Below, one piece after another: positions 12,791-23,437 of a stretch of 64,000 nt of DNA (position 1 is its first letter; every line of letters begins with the position of its first letter). The DNA is from Amphiscolops sp. MND2022 (Eukaryota): positions 30,070,001 to 30,134,000 of the forward strand of contig OZ076418.1 of NCBI GenBank assembly GCA_964187785.1, in the 5' to 3' direction. The position numbers and the translations under genes were made by a program. The notes beneath the pieces are model-generated. The model was not told where the DNA came from and did no database searches. It saw only the letters and a program-made list of their open reading frames with translations.

Positions 12791-12924
12791 TTTGCAGTAG
12801 GTACTCGGTTAACGAACATACTTGTCTGATACTCGGCTGAAAAACTCACCCCTACAGTTTCTGAATATATAGCCGAACTTAAGTGAGTTCGAAATTGTGA
12901 TTCGCCTCCCATATTGAACTCAGA

Positions 12925-13900
12925 GGCGAAGCCGTGCTTCGCAAACACTAGCGAACTTTTGAAGAAAACAAAAAATAAGCAATATCATAAGGAGAACCAA
13001 GGGTAAAAAGACATTAAAATTTCATCAAATTTACAATATACAGCGCCAAAAAATACCCGAAAGGATACGCATAAGTCTCGAAAACCATTCTTCCTCAACT
13101 GAAAACAGCAAAGAACCCATCTTTCTCAAAGAAAAACCTTTAAAAAACAGAAAATTGAAAAAAAAATCTTCGAGTCCTTAACTCTCGCAAAACGTTTCGT
13201 TTCTGGCAAAAATTGAGGAGGGGTTTCGGTGAAACAAATTTTTTAAAAAGTCGCATAGAAAAAATACCGGTCTTTTAAAACAACAAAAATCGGATATAGC
13301 GTGCAGGACCTGAGAAAACCAAATTTTTAACACGAAAATTATTCCTTCTGAAAAATGTCACAATGCCGGAAACTGTGAAAGAGGGGACCCTTTGAGATTT
13401 TTAAACATCAATTCTGTTGCAAAATTTCAAAAAATTGAATGGGGACTCTTTGGAGTCTTTAATGAAAAATTTTCAAAAAAAATGAGAAATTTTATTTGCA
13501 GTCTCATAGTGCCGAAAAATCTGAAAAAGGGACCCTCTGGGATTTTTTAACATTCGTTCCGTTGCAAGATATCAAACAAAGAGAAGGGTGGACCCTTTGT
13601 AGACATTAAAAATTTTCGAAAAAATGAGAATTTTGAACAGTCTCATAGTGCCGAAAACTCGGAAAAAGGGACCCTTTGGGATTTTCAACATTCGTTGTGT
13701 TGCAAAATAACAAAAAAATTGAGAGGACTCTTTGGGGACATTTAAAAAAACCTCCGAGTTGAAAAGCAAGCATTTTACCACTAGACCACGAACGCGTGAA
13801 ATGTGCGACTTGCCGCGTGAAATGAGTTGTCGCGCGGAAAAAAAGCACCCCCACTTTCCCATAACACTTGCTCATCGCAAGTGTAATGATGAAACTTATG
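12925..13900 (-). repeat. Long composite family B copy, collinear with 57585-58760
   Basis: About 1 kb of high similarity starting AGAGGCGAAGCCGTGCTTCGCAAACAC; includes the 5' half of a tRNA-like module. Confidence 0.75.
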
Positions 13901-14776
13901 AAACTTTGCAAGAGATCGGGTACCATGCAATTGGACAGTGACCGTGCAATTGGCCAACCGTTCAACTGACCAACTGTGCTAGTAGCCGAAACGATCTAAT
14001 ATGATTGGGCAACAGTGCAGTTAACATCAATTTTATTGGAATCGGTGCAGTTAATCTCAATTTATGCAACTTTAATACGGATCGAATCGTGTAAGTGGAC
14101 AATCATGAAGACGTCTAAAATTGTTTCATTAGAGGATGCTGAAAAGTAAAGTGACATTGTAAGGATTAACATTTTCATTTATGGATCTTAAATAAAAACG
14201 CATTTACCTTCCTTTGAAATAAAATTTCATTTCATTATCTAGTAGTTTCGTCATTTTCAATTTTTATTTTCGGCCAATTGTTGGCTAATTGCGCCGTCGA
14301 CCAATTGATCTAGCACCGAATTGGACGACCGCTCAGTTGGGCAACTTTGCGATTCATCGATTTTGCATGCATTCCTATTTCACTTCGGCTCACAGCTGGT
14401 AATCTTTATGTAATCGGAATATGTCAGCGAAACTGATTCAACCAATGAGTATTTTAGGAACAGCCGATAGCCTTCTAATTCATCAATCGGCTAGCTGATT
14501 GGTCGTCCGATTGAAGCAAAACCCCCAACAGGTCACAGTAAATGAAAGTCGAAGCAAGCAAATTCTTCTATATTCCCACCATTCGGTTATATTATGGTTC
14601 GGCTAAAGTAACAGCTACCATACCGTAGTGGTGATGTGGGGTAGTTACATAATAGGTAACACAGAGGCGAAGCGGTGCTTCGCAACACATGACGAAGACA
14701 TCGATTATTTTAATATGCGTATATATTATTTTAATCGCATGCGTATATATTCAACAGTTCAACATTGTTCAATAAC

Positions 14777-14850
14777 GTCCCTATGGCACAGTGGTCAACA
14801 CTTATGCCGTGCAATCGGGAGGCTGCAGGTTCGAATCTCTCTGGGGTTTT
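14777..14850 (+). pseudogene. tRNA-derived sequence (Cys-like anticodon arm); pseudo-tRNA or SINE head
   Basis: TGGCACAGTGG A box, CCG-TGCAAT-CGG arm, GGTTCGAATC B box, followed by a T-run. The acceptor stem is imperfect. Confidence 0.5.
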
Positions 14851-15652
14851 GGCTTTTATCTAAAAGGCGCTCATTATGAAGTTGACTATTGTGGAAAAAA
14901 AACTTAGTTAGCTGGACTGCAATGCACATTGACTTCGTCATGTGCAATAAGAGGGGTGATAGGGAGTATAGCCGCTCGATAATATTGCAGAAACAATTTA
15001 TAGCAGAACCGAATTCAATTCTCAATTGTGATTGGTCGCTCCGTTCGTCAGTGAGCTTTGAGTGATGAAACTAATATGTAACTTTGCAGCCGACCAGAAT
15101 GAATGAAAATCAATGCATGCAAATTCTTCTACAGTACCATTCGGTTATATTATCAAGCGGCTAATGTCACGGCTACCAATAAGAGGGTGATTACATAATA
15201 GTTACAAAATTGAAGCTTTTATCTCAACCAGTTTAGCCAATTACAAATGAGTATTCAATCTCATTGTGCTGTAGAAATATTCGTCTTTAATCCTGTTCGG
15301 CTATAATACATACCACGTAGGATTTTGACATCGCTATTTTTTTCGCTAAACCGCTAATTTCAAAATCGCTATTTCGCTGAAAAGTCTATTCAAGTATGTT
15401 TTAAAATTATATGATAATTCAGTTTTTTGCAATTTTCACACTGTGTTGGTTTTACAAGAGTAAGAGTTGAATTTTTTTCACAATCCATTTTGCAACTCCG
15501 TGTATTTTCCGAGGAAAATGTGAATTTCGACAATTTATTAGTTGCCGCTAACTGAAATCGCTGAAAAAATTCTGCGCGGCCGCTAATTCGCCAATTAGCG
15601 GTGTGAAAACTCTGATGCCACCCGATAAGAGATGTGTTATTAGCCAACCAAC

Positions 15653-15807
15653 CAGAGAGATATGGGGAGTCGCAGATGGTGATGAAGTCTAGGATGTAGT
15701 TGTCCATCTCCAGCACAGTGACACTCTTGCCCCGCATCACTGTCAGACTAGGGGTGTGTTTGGACGCGTCGAATGGAAGACCCCCAGTGAACACAAACAT
15801 CGGCTCA
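15653..15807 (-). CDS. STXBP5: Tomosyn coding exon 8
   Basis: gaatgaag|T GAG CCG start; encodes EPMFVFTGGLPFDASKHTPSLTVMRGKSVTVLEMDNYILDFITICDSPYLS (cf. EPFIILSGGLSYD...LTVMHGKSTAVLEMD). 155 nt, phase 2 to 1. Confidence 0.93.
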
Positions 15808-16026
15808 CTTCATTCACAGAAAATCAAACATTCACAATTAGTTTCCTCCGATACACCGAAACCAACGAAAGCATAGCTCAAATGTTTTCAAAATGGAAGA
15901 AGATGCTTATGTGCAAGTTTACAACCCGTACATTAAAAAACCGAAGCTCCGAAAACTTTATTTGGAGGAAATATCGAAAACGTACTGCCCTAATAATCAA
16001 TTAGACATTTTTCTTAGAAAACTTGT

Positions 16027-16520
16027 TTTTAGTCGGCGCTTTTATTAATAAAAGAGCCCGACTATTACAGTCACTCGTTTTTTTTTCTTTTTTTTAAGAC
16101 AGACTCGAAACGACGAACGTTAAAATTAACGTTCAAAATCTTCAACTAAAGGAAACTAAACGAATACCCCGGAAACGCATTCCAAAGGGTCCCCCCTTTC
16201 GTCTTTACTTTTTAAACGTTACCTACAAACTTGGACGGGACTAAAGGGTCCCCCCTTTCGATTTTTTTTCGGCACTGTGCGACTTTTTTTTCGAAATTTT
16301 TTTTGTCTCCAAAGGGTCCCCCTTTCGTTTTTTACTTTTTAAACGTAAGCTACAAAACCGACCGAGGCTAAAGGGTCCCCCCTTTTGATTTTTTTCGGCA
16401 CTGTGCGACATTTTTCGAAAGAAAAAAATTTTCAAAAATTTCAAGTTTTTTCCAAAAAAAAATGTTTTGCGCTTTTTGAGCGTTAGATATAGCGCCGACT
16501 TTAGACGTTCCCGTCTTGTT
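16027..16520 (+). repeat. HINE-like family B copy
   Basis: TTTTAGTCGGCGC start and GCGCCGACTTTAGACGTTCCCGTCTTGTT end. Confidence 0.7.
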
Positions 16521-17674
16521 GACATTTATATCAAATGCTCTAAAAATAGGAAACTATTCAGGAAACGTCTGCATAGGAATTAGCTGCACGACGGGAAAAA
16601 TTTCAATTACAGCGATAAATGATCATGTAGCGATTTTTCCATGACGAAACGCTCAACTAACGTCAATTAAAGTGAAGGAGCTCCGGGGAAAAATTTGAGA
16701 GTTGCCAAAAAGATTTGGGATAAGCGCTAAACTCGTGAACAATCAGGATTAAAGTTCACTTTGCGAACTAAATTGAAATGTAATAATTCATTTTCATCTC
16801 AAAAAAATAGCTCAACTCAATCGTCTTAAACAGTTGTTCAGTTGCACAGTACATGGAATTACCGTTACTTGATTCATTTAGAGTTTTCTTATATAACATG
16901 AACTCAGTAATTTATGATGGTAACATTCGACAGATGATTCAATCGGCCCTTTAATGGAAGCATTTATTTTCTCACTTTTTCATCTTCAAATTCCTAGAAA
17001 AAGAACAACTTGAACAGTTCGATGACTCCAAACTACTACGTTAAGAACGGTGTCCAGACATTATGCCCAAATAACGTCCAGACGTTGTGGAAGTAAATAA
17101 TATCCAAAGAAGGTAAAAGTTATCTGCCTCGGCCATATTCCTCTAGTGCTCTAAAAGCAGCAGCGAAGCGGAGCTACGTGTAGTCACCGATATAGCGGCT
17201 GGATTTTACCAAAGCCGATCTGGAGGGGCGCGAAGCTCCCCGGAAGGCAGAATCATACAACCAATGTTTCAAATTATAGGGCGTAATGTTCGCTTTGGGC
17301 GAAATGTCTTGGAAAGAACAGTTAGGAACATTTAAAGGCAACCTCTTCTTTATAGAAGTTCATAAAGTCCCTGCATGACAACGTCATGCTATTTTCAATT
17401 GTGAAAAATTAGAGCCAAATGGCTGTGTTCATGAAATTGTATTCAGATCTGGTTTAGAACATAATTAGACATAGACTTTCAAGCACTTATTCAGCAACCA
17501 GTACCCAGCTACATAGCAGACATCTCGTTTCAAAACCTTTCCAAATTATTTACCTTTCCCTTTTAATGCGTTGAGATAATCGATAAAGCATCAAAAGCCC
17601 CATTCGGCAAAAGCTTTTAAGGTTTTCAAGGTGATCGTCCTAGAATTTAGCAGTTATTTTAAAAAACTAGGAAC

Positions 17675-17750
17675 CTGCTCTTGGAGTTGCGACAATCGAC
17701 TTTACAAATTGGCAGACAGGGTTCACGTGCTCCTTGCGGGGTGGACAACA
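17675..17750 (-). CDS. STXBP5: Tomosyn coding exon 7 (too short for the ORF track)
   Basis: tttgtttcag|TG start; encodes (V)LSTPQGAREPCLPICKVDCRNSKS(S), matching EPCKPILKVEFKTTRSG. Its 76 nt (phase 1 to 2) bridge exons 6 and 8 exactly. Donor gttcct is weak. Confidence 0.88.
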
Positions 17751-18029
17751 CTGAAACAAAAACACCCTTCATTCAATTTAGTGAATAATATATGAGTAAA
17801 TATGAGTTTAGCATATCTTATAAAGATATACACAAATGGTTAATCCAGTAGCAAATATTTCATATTTAAGATAAATGTCGTATTTAAGATCTTGAATATG
17901 GAAGCTAAGTTTTGCAATCATCAAAGTGTTTGACAGAAAAAACTGTAGCTTGTAGAACTTTCAGTGGAGCTATTCCGAACACTTCAAACCAATTGAAAAA
18001 ACCTAATTGAAAAAAACCTTTGTTTCAGG

Positions 18030-18569
18030 ATGTCACGCTTCGAACCCAGACAGCTGAGCCAACGAACAACAAATCTTGTGATTGGCACATCCAGAACGAA
18101 ATACATTAGGTCAAAAGACATCGGTGCAGCAGTTCACTCTTACCGTGGTGCCTCCCTGCTCGAGCTCTGTAACCTGATCCAACAATACCCGCAGCGCAAA
18201 ATCAATACTCTTATCATTGTCGCTGGTTTTAATGATCACCGTGATGCAGCCACTACATTTACAGACAATTGGAAGTTCCTGATTCAACTTGTGTACCTGA
18301 AGTTCCAGCCCCGTAACCTCATTATCCCCAAAACCATTGCAACTTCTAACAACCAGACAGTGAATAGAAAAATCAACCAGCTGAATTTTGCCCTCTACAA
18401 TCTGCTACGCTCCCTCAACCTGCCTATAATATCACCTCATTTTAATCGTGATTTTGATCACAAGATTTTTGCCCGAGACGGCATTCATTTTTCTCGATTT
18501 GGAAATTTAGTTTTCACTCAGATTTTGAAATTTTATTTTAATCACTTTACATGTAATCAAATCAAATAA
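18030..18569 (+). CDS. SGNH/GDSL hydrolase (esterase-like) ORF, 179 aa; putative ORF1 of the retroelement
   Basis: All four SGNH blocks are in order: LVIGTS (Ser), SYRGA, IVAGFND (GxND) and RDGIHF (DxxH). The ORF is intronless and uninterrupted. Confidence 0.85.
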   Translation: MSRFEPRQLSQRTTNLVIGTSRTKYIRSKDIGAAVHSYRGASLLELCNLIQQYPQRKINTLIIVAGFNDHRDAATTFTDNWKFLIQLVYLKFQPRNLIIPKTIATSNNQTVNRKINQLNFALYNLLRSLNLPIISPHFNRDFDHKIFARDGIHFSRFGNLVFTQILKFYFNHFTCNQIK

Positions 18570-18594
18570 TTGACACGACAGCTCTCCCTCCACA

Positions 18595-18846
18595 ATGTCA
18601 GGCAATCAAACACACTGCAGCATTTGCCAGGCCCATTTACGTAGTCGAGGCGTATGGTGTGCGATATGTGGATACGTGCATACGAAATGCAGCGGTCTCT
18701 CCGCTGCGAAAGACTGGTCCAAAGACTTTATCTGTGTACGCTGCCAAGGACCACACCAAGCGAAGCCGCCAACTCGCCAGCCATTGAACAACCGAACAGT
18801 TCAACAAGTCACGCGAGCACCGCCACACACCAGAAACAACCTCTGA
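18595..18846 (+). CDS. PHD-finger module, probable true N-terminus of ORF2 (out of frame with the RT ORF)
   Basis: CSIC-x9-WCAICGYVHTKC-x14-CVRC gives C4HC3 spacing with the typical W and VHxxC. It starts at an ATG 25 nt after the SGNH stop. Confidence 0.78.
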   Translation: MSGNQTHCSICQAHLRSRGVWCAICGYVHTKCSGLSAAKDWSKDFICVRCQGPHQAKPPTRQPLNNRTVQQVTRAPPHTRNNL

Positions 18847-21650
18847 CTGATGAACTGAACCAAGAACTATCAGTGGATGGTTTCTGGGCAAAAGTCACCC
18901 CTGAAAAAGCTATTCAAATTAAAGACTTTTACAATCAAGTAGTTCATTGGAAACCTTCATTCATCACGCTGCCTAAAAACAAAACTGGGCACAAGTTTGT
19001 CGAGACAATGGACCGCCTACTATCTGCAATATCAGAGAAACAAAGCAATGAGAACATAGCTTTATATGCAGCAATGCTAATGCCACATTTAGTCTTATCA
19101 AGGACTACCTCTGAGCCAGATGCGTCGAGGAACAAGACGACGACCAGAAGACTGAGAATGTGGCTAAATGGCGAAATCGAAGAACTTTTCAAGGAAGCAG
19201 AGGCATTGCAAAAACGAACTACGAAATCGAAATCCAACAATAGAGCAAAAGATATGTTCCGAGACTTCGATACACACATGTCCGCCGGGAAAATCTCAAA
19301 CGCCCTACGGAGTGTGAATGAATGTGAAAAAGGCGGAGTCCTATCTCTATCAGAAAAAATTGACAACAAGTCGGTTCTTGATATCCTGAAGGAGAAACAC
19401 CCCCCAGCCAAAGGTTGCGACGACACCTACGTAGTTGCAAGTTCCGAAAACATTCCGCCTTACCATCCTGTAATCTTCGACAGAATACAAGCAGGAGCCA
19501 TTCGTAGGGCCGGAATGAAAACACACGGAAGCCACGGACCCTCCGGTGTGGATGCCAACGAATGGCGGCGCTGGATGTCCAACTTTAACCAGTCATCGAC
19601 GTCACTCTGCCGCACGGTCGCCCGCTTAGCTGTGAGAATCGCTACTGAAGAAATTGACAGTGAAGCACTAAGGCCATACAATGCCTGCCGTTTGATACCC
19701 CTTGACAAGAACCCAGGGGTACGACCAGTTGGCGATGGGGAAGTTCTCAGACGAATCATAGGAAGAAGCATACTGCGCTGTGTAGAGAACGACCTGAAGC
19801 TCTTAGGTAAAAACAAACAACTTTGTCTCGGTCAGAAATGCGGAATCGAACACGCTATACATAGCCTCAGGCAACAGTTCGAGACCCCTGAAGTTCAAGG
19901 CATTTTGCTCATCGATGCAAAGAACGCTTTTAATAGCCTGAACAGGGACCTCGCGCTCCGGAACATCGAAAATAAATGTCCTTCAATTATAACAGCCATA
20001 AAGAACTCGTATAAAACACCGACAGATCTTTTTGTCAACGGCAAAACCTTGCAATCGCAAGAGGGAACAACTCAAGGAGATCCTCTAGCCATGGCGATGT
20101 ACGGAATTGCTATCCTACCGCTGATTGACCTGATTCAAAAATCAAACATCACTCAGAAGTGGTACGCCGACGATGGTAATGTAACAGGCAGTCTCAAAGA
20201 CCTAAAATCGGTTCACGAACAATTGAAAAAGCACGGACCTGCTTTCGGCTACACATTGACGAAATGTAACATCATTGCAAAAACCGAACACTTGAAACAA
20301 GCCCAGAATCTATTTATCAAAGAAGATGTTGAAATAGTTGATGGACATCGTGTCCTAGGGTCTGTAATAGGATCAGAGTCTGCTTGTGAAAAATTCAGAG
20401 ACCATAAACAAAGTGAATACAATCAGATCGTAGAGAAGTTGTCGAAACACGCAAAAATTTCTCCACAAAATGTATTTCACTGCTTCACCAAAGGTCTTCA
20501 AAACAAAATGACTTTTCTCTCACGCACGACTCCTAATTTCATAGAAAATCTCGAAGAAACGGAAAGAAAGATCAAGGAAAACCTGATCCCAGCAATAACC
20601 GGCAGAAGTAACATCACGGACGAGGAACGTTCTCTTTTCTCCCTGCCTGTGAGGGATGGTGGACTTAACATAGTACATCCTGAAGACAGAGTAGAAGAAT
20701 TGAACTGGTCGAGACAAATGGCAGCATGTTTGGACAATGACGAGGACGCGGAAGCTCAACAGTCTTCAATCGTGAAACAAGTTAGAAAAGAGAAGTCCGC
20801 AAAAATCAAAGGAAAGGTATCAATCTTGAAGGAAAAACTCGATGGAAATCAACGCTACGCACTAGATCTGTCAATTGAAAAAGGTGCATCTAGCTGGTTG
20901 AACACGCTACCACTCAAACGATATCACTTTGATCTGTCGAAAACAGAATTCCGCGACGGTTTGGCTCTGCGCTATGGGTGGGAACCACTAAAAACACCGT
21001 CAATATGTCCCTGTGGAGAGTCTTTCAGCCTGTCGCATTCCCTTCAATGCAACAAAGGAGGGTACAACCAAATGCGACACAATGAAATCCGCGACACGTT
21101 TGCCTCCGTTATGAAAGAGGTCTGCTATGATGTCGAAATCGAGCCGAAACTTCAGCCTTTGGAAGGTGAGTCCTTCGTCCATAAAACAACGACAACTGAA
21201 GATGAGGCGAGACTAGACATTAAAGCAAACGGACTTTGGGATTCTCGTTTCTGTAGAACTTTTTTCGACGTCAAGATTTTTAATCCGCTCGCTAGAACAT
21301 GTCCCAAAAATGTCAATGAGGCATACAAATTTCACGAATCTCAAAAGAAACTCAAATACGAGTCCAGAATTATAAATGTGGAAAAAAGCACCTTTAACCC
21401 CCTAGTCTTTGCATGTACAGGTGGCGCCGGACCATCAGCCACAAAAGTAATTACTCGACTTGCTGCAAAAATCAACGAAAAAGGTACAGAGAGCTACGCC
21501 GACGCGATCAGCTACATTAGAACTAAGATAAGTTTTGCTCTTCTACGTAGTTCCGTCCTCTGTCTCAGAGGCTGCAGAGCGACACGGCGCCAACAAGCAA
21601 TCGTAGAGTCATCTATCAGTGCCATAGTTCACGAGGGAGGGCTGTCATAA
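18654..21650 (+). CDS. Reverse transcriptase, CCHC zinc knuckle and restriction-like endonuclease (CRE/R2-superfamily type)
   Basis: 998 codons without a stop. Motifs: GPSGVDANEW, LIPLDKNPGVRP, IDAKNAFNSLNR, GTTQGDPLAMAMY, WYADD, CPCG..SHSLQC, RHNEIRD, RLDI...FFDVKIFNP, ESQKKLKY. Confidence 0.95.
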   Translation: MVCDMWIRAYEMQRSLRCERLVQRLYLCTLPRTTPSEAANSPAIEQPNSSTSHASTATHQKQPLTDELNQELSVDGFWAKVTPEKAIQIKDFYNQVVHWKPSFITLPKNKTGHKFVETMDRLLSAISEKQSNENIALYAAMLMPHLVLSRTTSEPDASRNKTTTRRLRMWLNGEIEELFKEAEALQKRTTKSKSNNRAKDMFRDFDTHMSAGKISNALRSVNECEKGGVLSLSEKIDNKSVLDILKEKHPPAKGCDDTYVVASSENIPPYHPVIFDRIQAGAIRRAGMKTHGSHGPSGVDANEWRRWMSNFNQSSTSLCRTVARLAVRIATEEIDSEALRPYNACRLIPLDKNPGVRPVGDGEVLRRIIGRSILRCVENDLKLLGKNKQLCLGQKCGIEHAIHSLRQQFETPEVQGILLIDAKNAFNSLNRDLALRNIENKCPSIITAIKNSYKTPTDLFVNGKTLQSQEGTTQGDPLAMAMYGIAILPLIDLIQKSNITQKWYADDGNVTGSLKDLKSVHEQLKKHGPAFGYTLTKCNIIAKTEHLKQAQNLFIKEDVEIVDGHRVLGSVIGSESACEKFRDHKQSEYNQIVEKLSKHAKISPQNVFHCFTKGLQNKMTFLSRTTPNFIENLEETERKIKENLIPAITGRSNITDEERSLFSLPVRDGGLNIVHPEDRVEELNWSRQMAACLDNDEDAEAQQSSIVKQVRKEKSAKIKGKVSILKEKLDGNQRYALDLSIEKGASSWLNTLPLKRYHFDLSKTEFRDGLALRYGWEPLKTPSICPCGESFSLSHSLQCNKGGYNQMRHNEIRDTFASVMKEVCYDVEIEPKLQPLEGESFVHKTTTTEDEARLDIKANGLWDSRFCRTFFDVKIFNPLARTCPKNVNEAYKFHESQKKLKYESRIINVEKSTFNPLVFACTGGAGPSATKVITRLAAKINEKGTESYADAISYIRTKISFALLRSSVLCLRGCRATRRQQAIVESSISAIVHEGGLS

Positions 21651-21959
21651 CTCTGACAATCCCTCGGGTGCTCCTCGCAAAACCAAGTAATAATTTTTGA
21701 CGATCAATAAAGTTTGAGATACTTTGTCCTAATTTGTAAATTACCCTCCACTTACTGATGTTTTCCAAATTTACTTTATAGGATCGTTATTGACACTGTA
21801 AGGAGGCTCTGCAGCTTGCAGCGTACTGACACCCAAACTCTTTTCACTGACACGCCCGCCATGTAATAAGGGCAAAAAAGTATTTTCTCTTACAACACCA
21901 AACTCCGGTTTCAGTACGCGCGGTCCTTATGTATTTTTATTATAAAAAGAGAGATGAAA

Positions 21960-22610
21960 AAAATTGAAAAAACCTAAGGGAACAGACCATAAAACTCGTC
22001 TTTGTTACAAGAAACTGCAATTACAAATAAACATCATCGAACCATTAAACTGCGCTAAGTACCTCGGAGTTTATTTGGAACAAAAAATAACAGCAAGAAT
22101 TGAAGCACATTCTCAAAAACGTTCTGTGAAATCAAAACTCTTTACTCAGAGAGAATTTTCTGGAAAAAGACGACTTCTAAATACTTTAGTCATCACTGAT
22201 CTCCATTATCCACCAGTCATTTCAAATGGAATATCTCAAAACATAATAACGACTTCGGAGAAACAATTCAGTTAGGGGGTCAAAGCCTGCTTCAATCGAA
22301 CTAATTTTGATACATCGAGTGATCTGAAATTGAAGGTCGATTTTTTTGGAACTGAAAGCAGTAAATATTTCTGAAAACGGAAGAACGGCCTCCTTCCTGA
22401 ATTCAAGGAATATAATTCAATTACCGAATCAACTATCAGAGAACCAATACTCTCATATAACTCATACACGAAAGGTAGCATGATGAATGCTAGTTTCTTC
22501 AAGAGAATAGTACCACTGTGGAGCATTATACCGAAACAAAAGCTCGAGAAGTTCTCAAATGAAAGAAGTTTTCAAAATGAAATCAAGTTTTTAAATGAAA
22601 TCAAGTTTTT
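21960..22610 (+). mobile_element. Decayed 3' fragment of an APE-type LINE (CR1/L2-like RT C-terminus)
   Basis: CAKYLGVYLEQK motif and a downstream FFKRIVPLWSIIP (cf. FFPRTIRLWNxLP), frameshifted. Confidence 0.6.
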
Positions 22611-22868
22611 AAAAATAGGCCCCTATAGGACACACGATTATTTCTGCTTTTAGGCCTTCGTCTTCAATAATAGAAGCATATCTTAATCATTTATATAGCG
22701 CACAATTAATCACTACAAGTTTACACCGCCTTTAATTCTTCTCGGACTAAAGTAAATATACACTATGGTACCAGAAAGCTACGTACACCTGTTGAATTTT
22801 TAAAAACTGAGAGGAAAATTTGAAATTTAAACAGAAAAAAAATATAATCAAATTAGGAGACAAACACA

Positions 22869-23437
22869 CTAATAACCAATCATATTTCCATCGTTTTTTA
22901 TAGTTTTTACGAGGCGACTCTCATAAGATGCGTACATATTTCGGATAATTTCGGGACTGATATTGTTCCAAATATCAATCACTGTTTCTTCCAAATTTTC
23001 CCACGTTAGAGTTTGTCCTTGCAGGGATTTCTTCAGTATAGCCCAAATATTTTCCATGGGGTTCAAATCAGGACTATACGGAGGCCATTCGAGCACATCC
23101 CACTTCTTTTCACTTAGATAGTTGGAAACCTCTCTGCTTCTGTGAATTGGGGCATTATCGTGCTGGAAAACAATGTCCGGTAGGTGCAAATTTCTGTCAT
23201 ACTTTTCAAGAATTTCGACATAGCCGCTGCTGTTGAGTGTTGCCGGGCATCTAATTAGCATCTTCCTGGCATCCGATCGAATAGCTCCCCAGAACATAAG
23301 CGAGCGTTTATCAGTGTTCTGCCCTTGAATATTTTTTGAGTGGAAACGCGATCCTTTTTCTCGGAAAACTCTTACAATACCGTCACTGTTCAGACGCACA
23401 CGAGTTTTATCAGTGAAAACCACATTTTCCCAGAATC
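22869..23437 (-). CDS. Tc1 transposase, catalytic C-terminal part
   Basis: FWENVVFTD...MFWGAI...FQHDNAPIH...WPPYSPDLNPMENIW, with 34 residues between the second D and the E. Confidence 0.92.

Larger units (their letters stand above)
17940..21715 (+). mobile_element. Near-intact CRE-like RLE non-LTR retrotransposon with esterase ORF1 and PHD-RT-ZnK-RLE ORF2
   Basis: Collinear same-strand ORFs with a 25-nt spacer, and a short 3' UTR with AATAAA near 21706. The 5' boundary is approximate and no convincing TSD was found. Confidence 0.8.

Noticed and set aside
14777-14850. Functional tRNA-Cys gene
   Set aside because: The acceptor and T stems do not pair properly, so it is kept only as a tRNA-derived pseudogene.
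17751-18029. Spliced-leader RNA gene as a site-specific target next to the CRE-like element
   Set aside because: No leader-GT donor plus Sm-site arrangement or tandem repeat unit could be recognised in either flank.
18606-21182. Several minus-strand ORFs of 60-160 aa overlapping the RT ORF (likewise 40324-40875 and 43324-43746)
   Set aside because: These are antisense or alternative-frame by-products of long coding or GC-rich repeat sequence.
17900-21730. GTTTGA near 17928 and 21712 as the TSD of the CRE-like element
   Set aside because: Only 6 bp in AT-rich DNA, so not distinguishable from chance. The element boundaries remain approximate.
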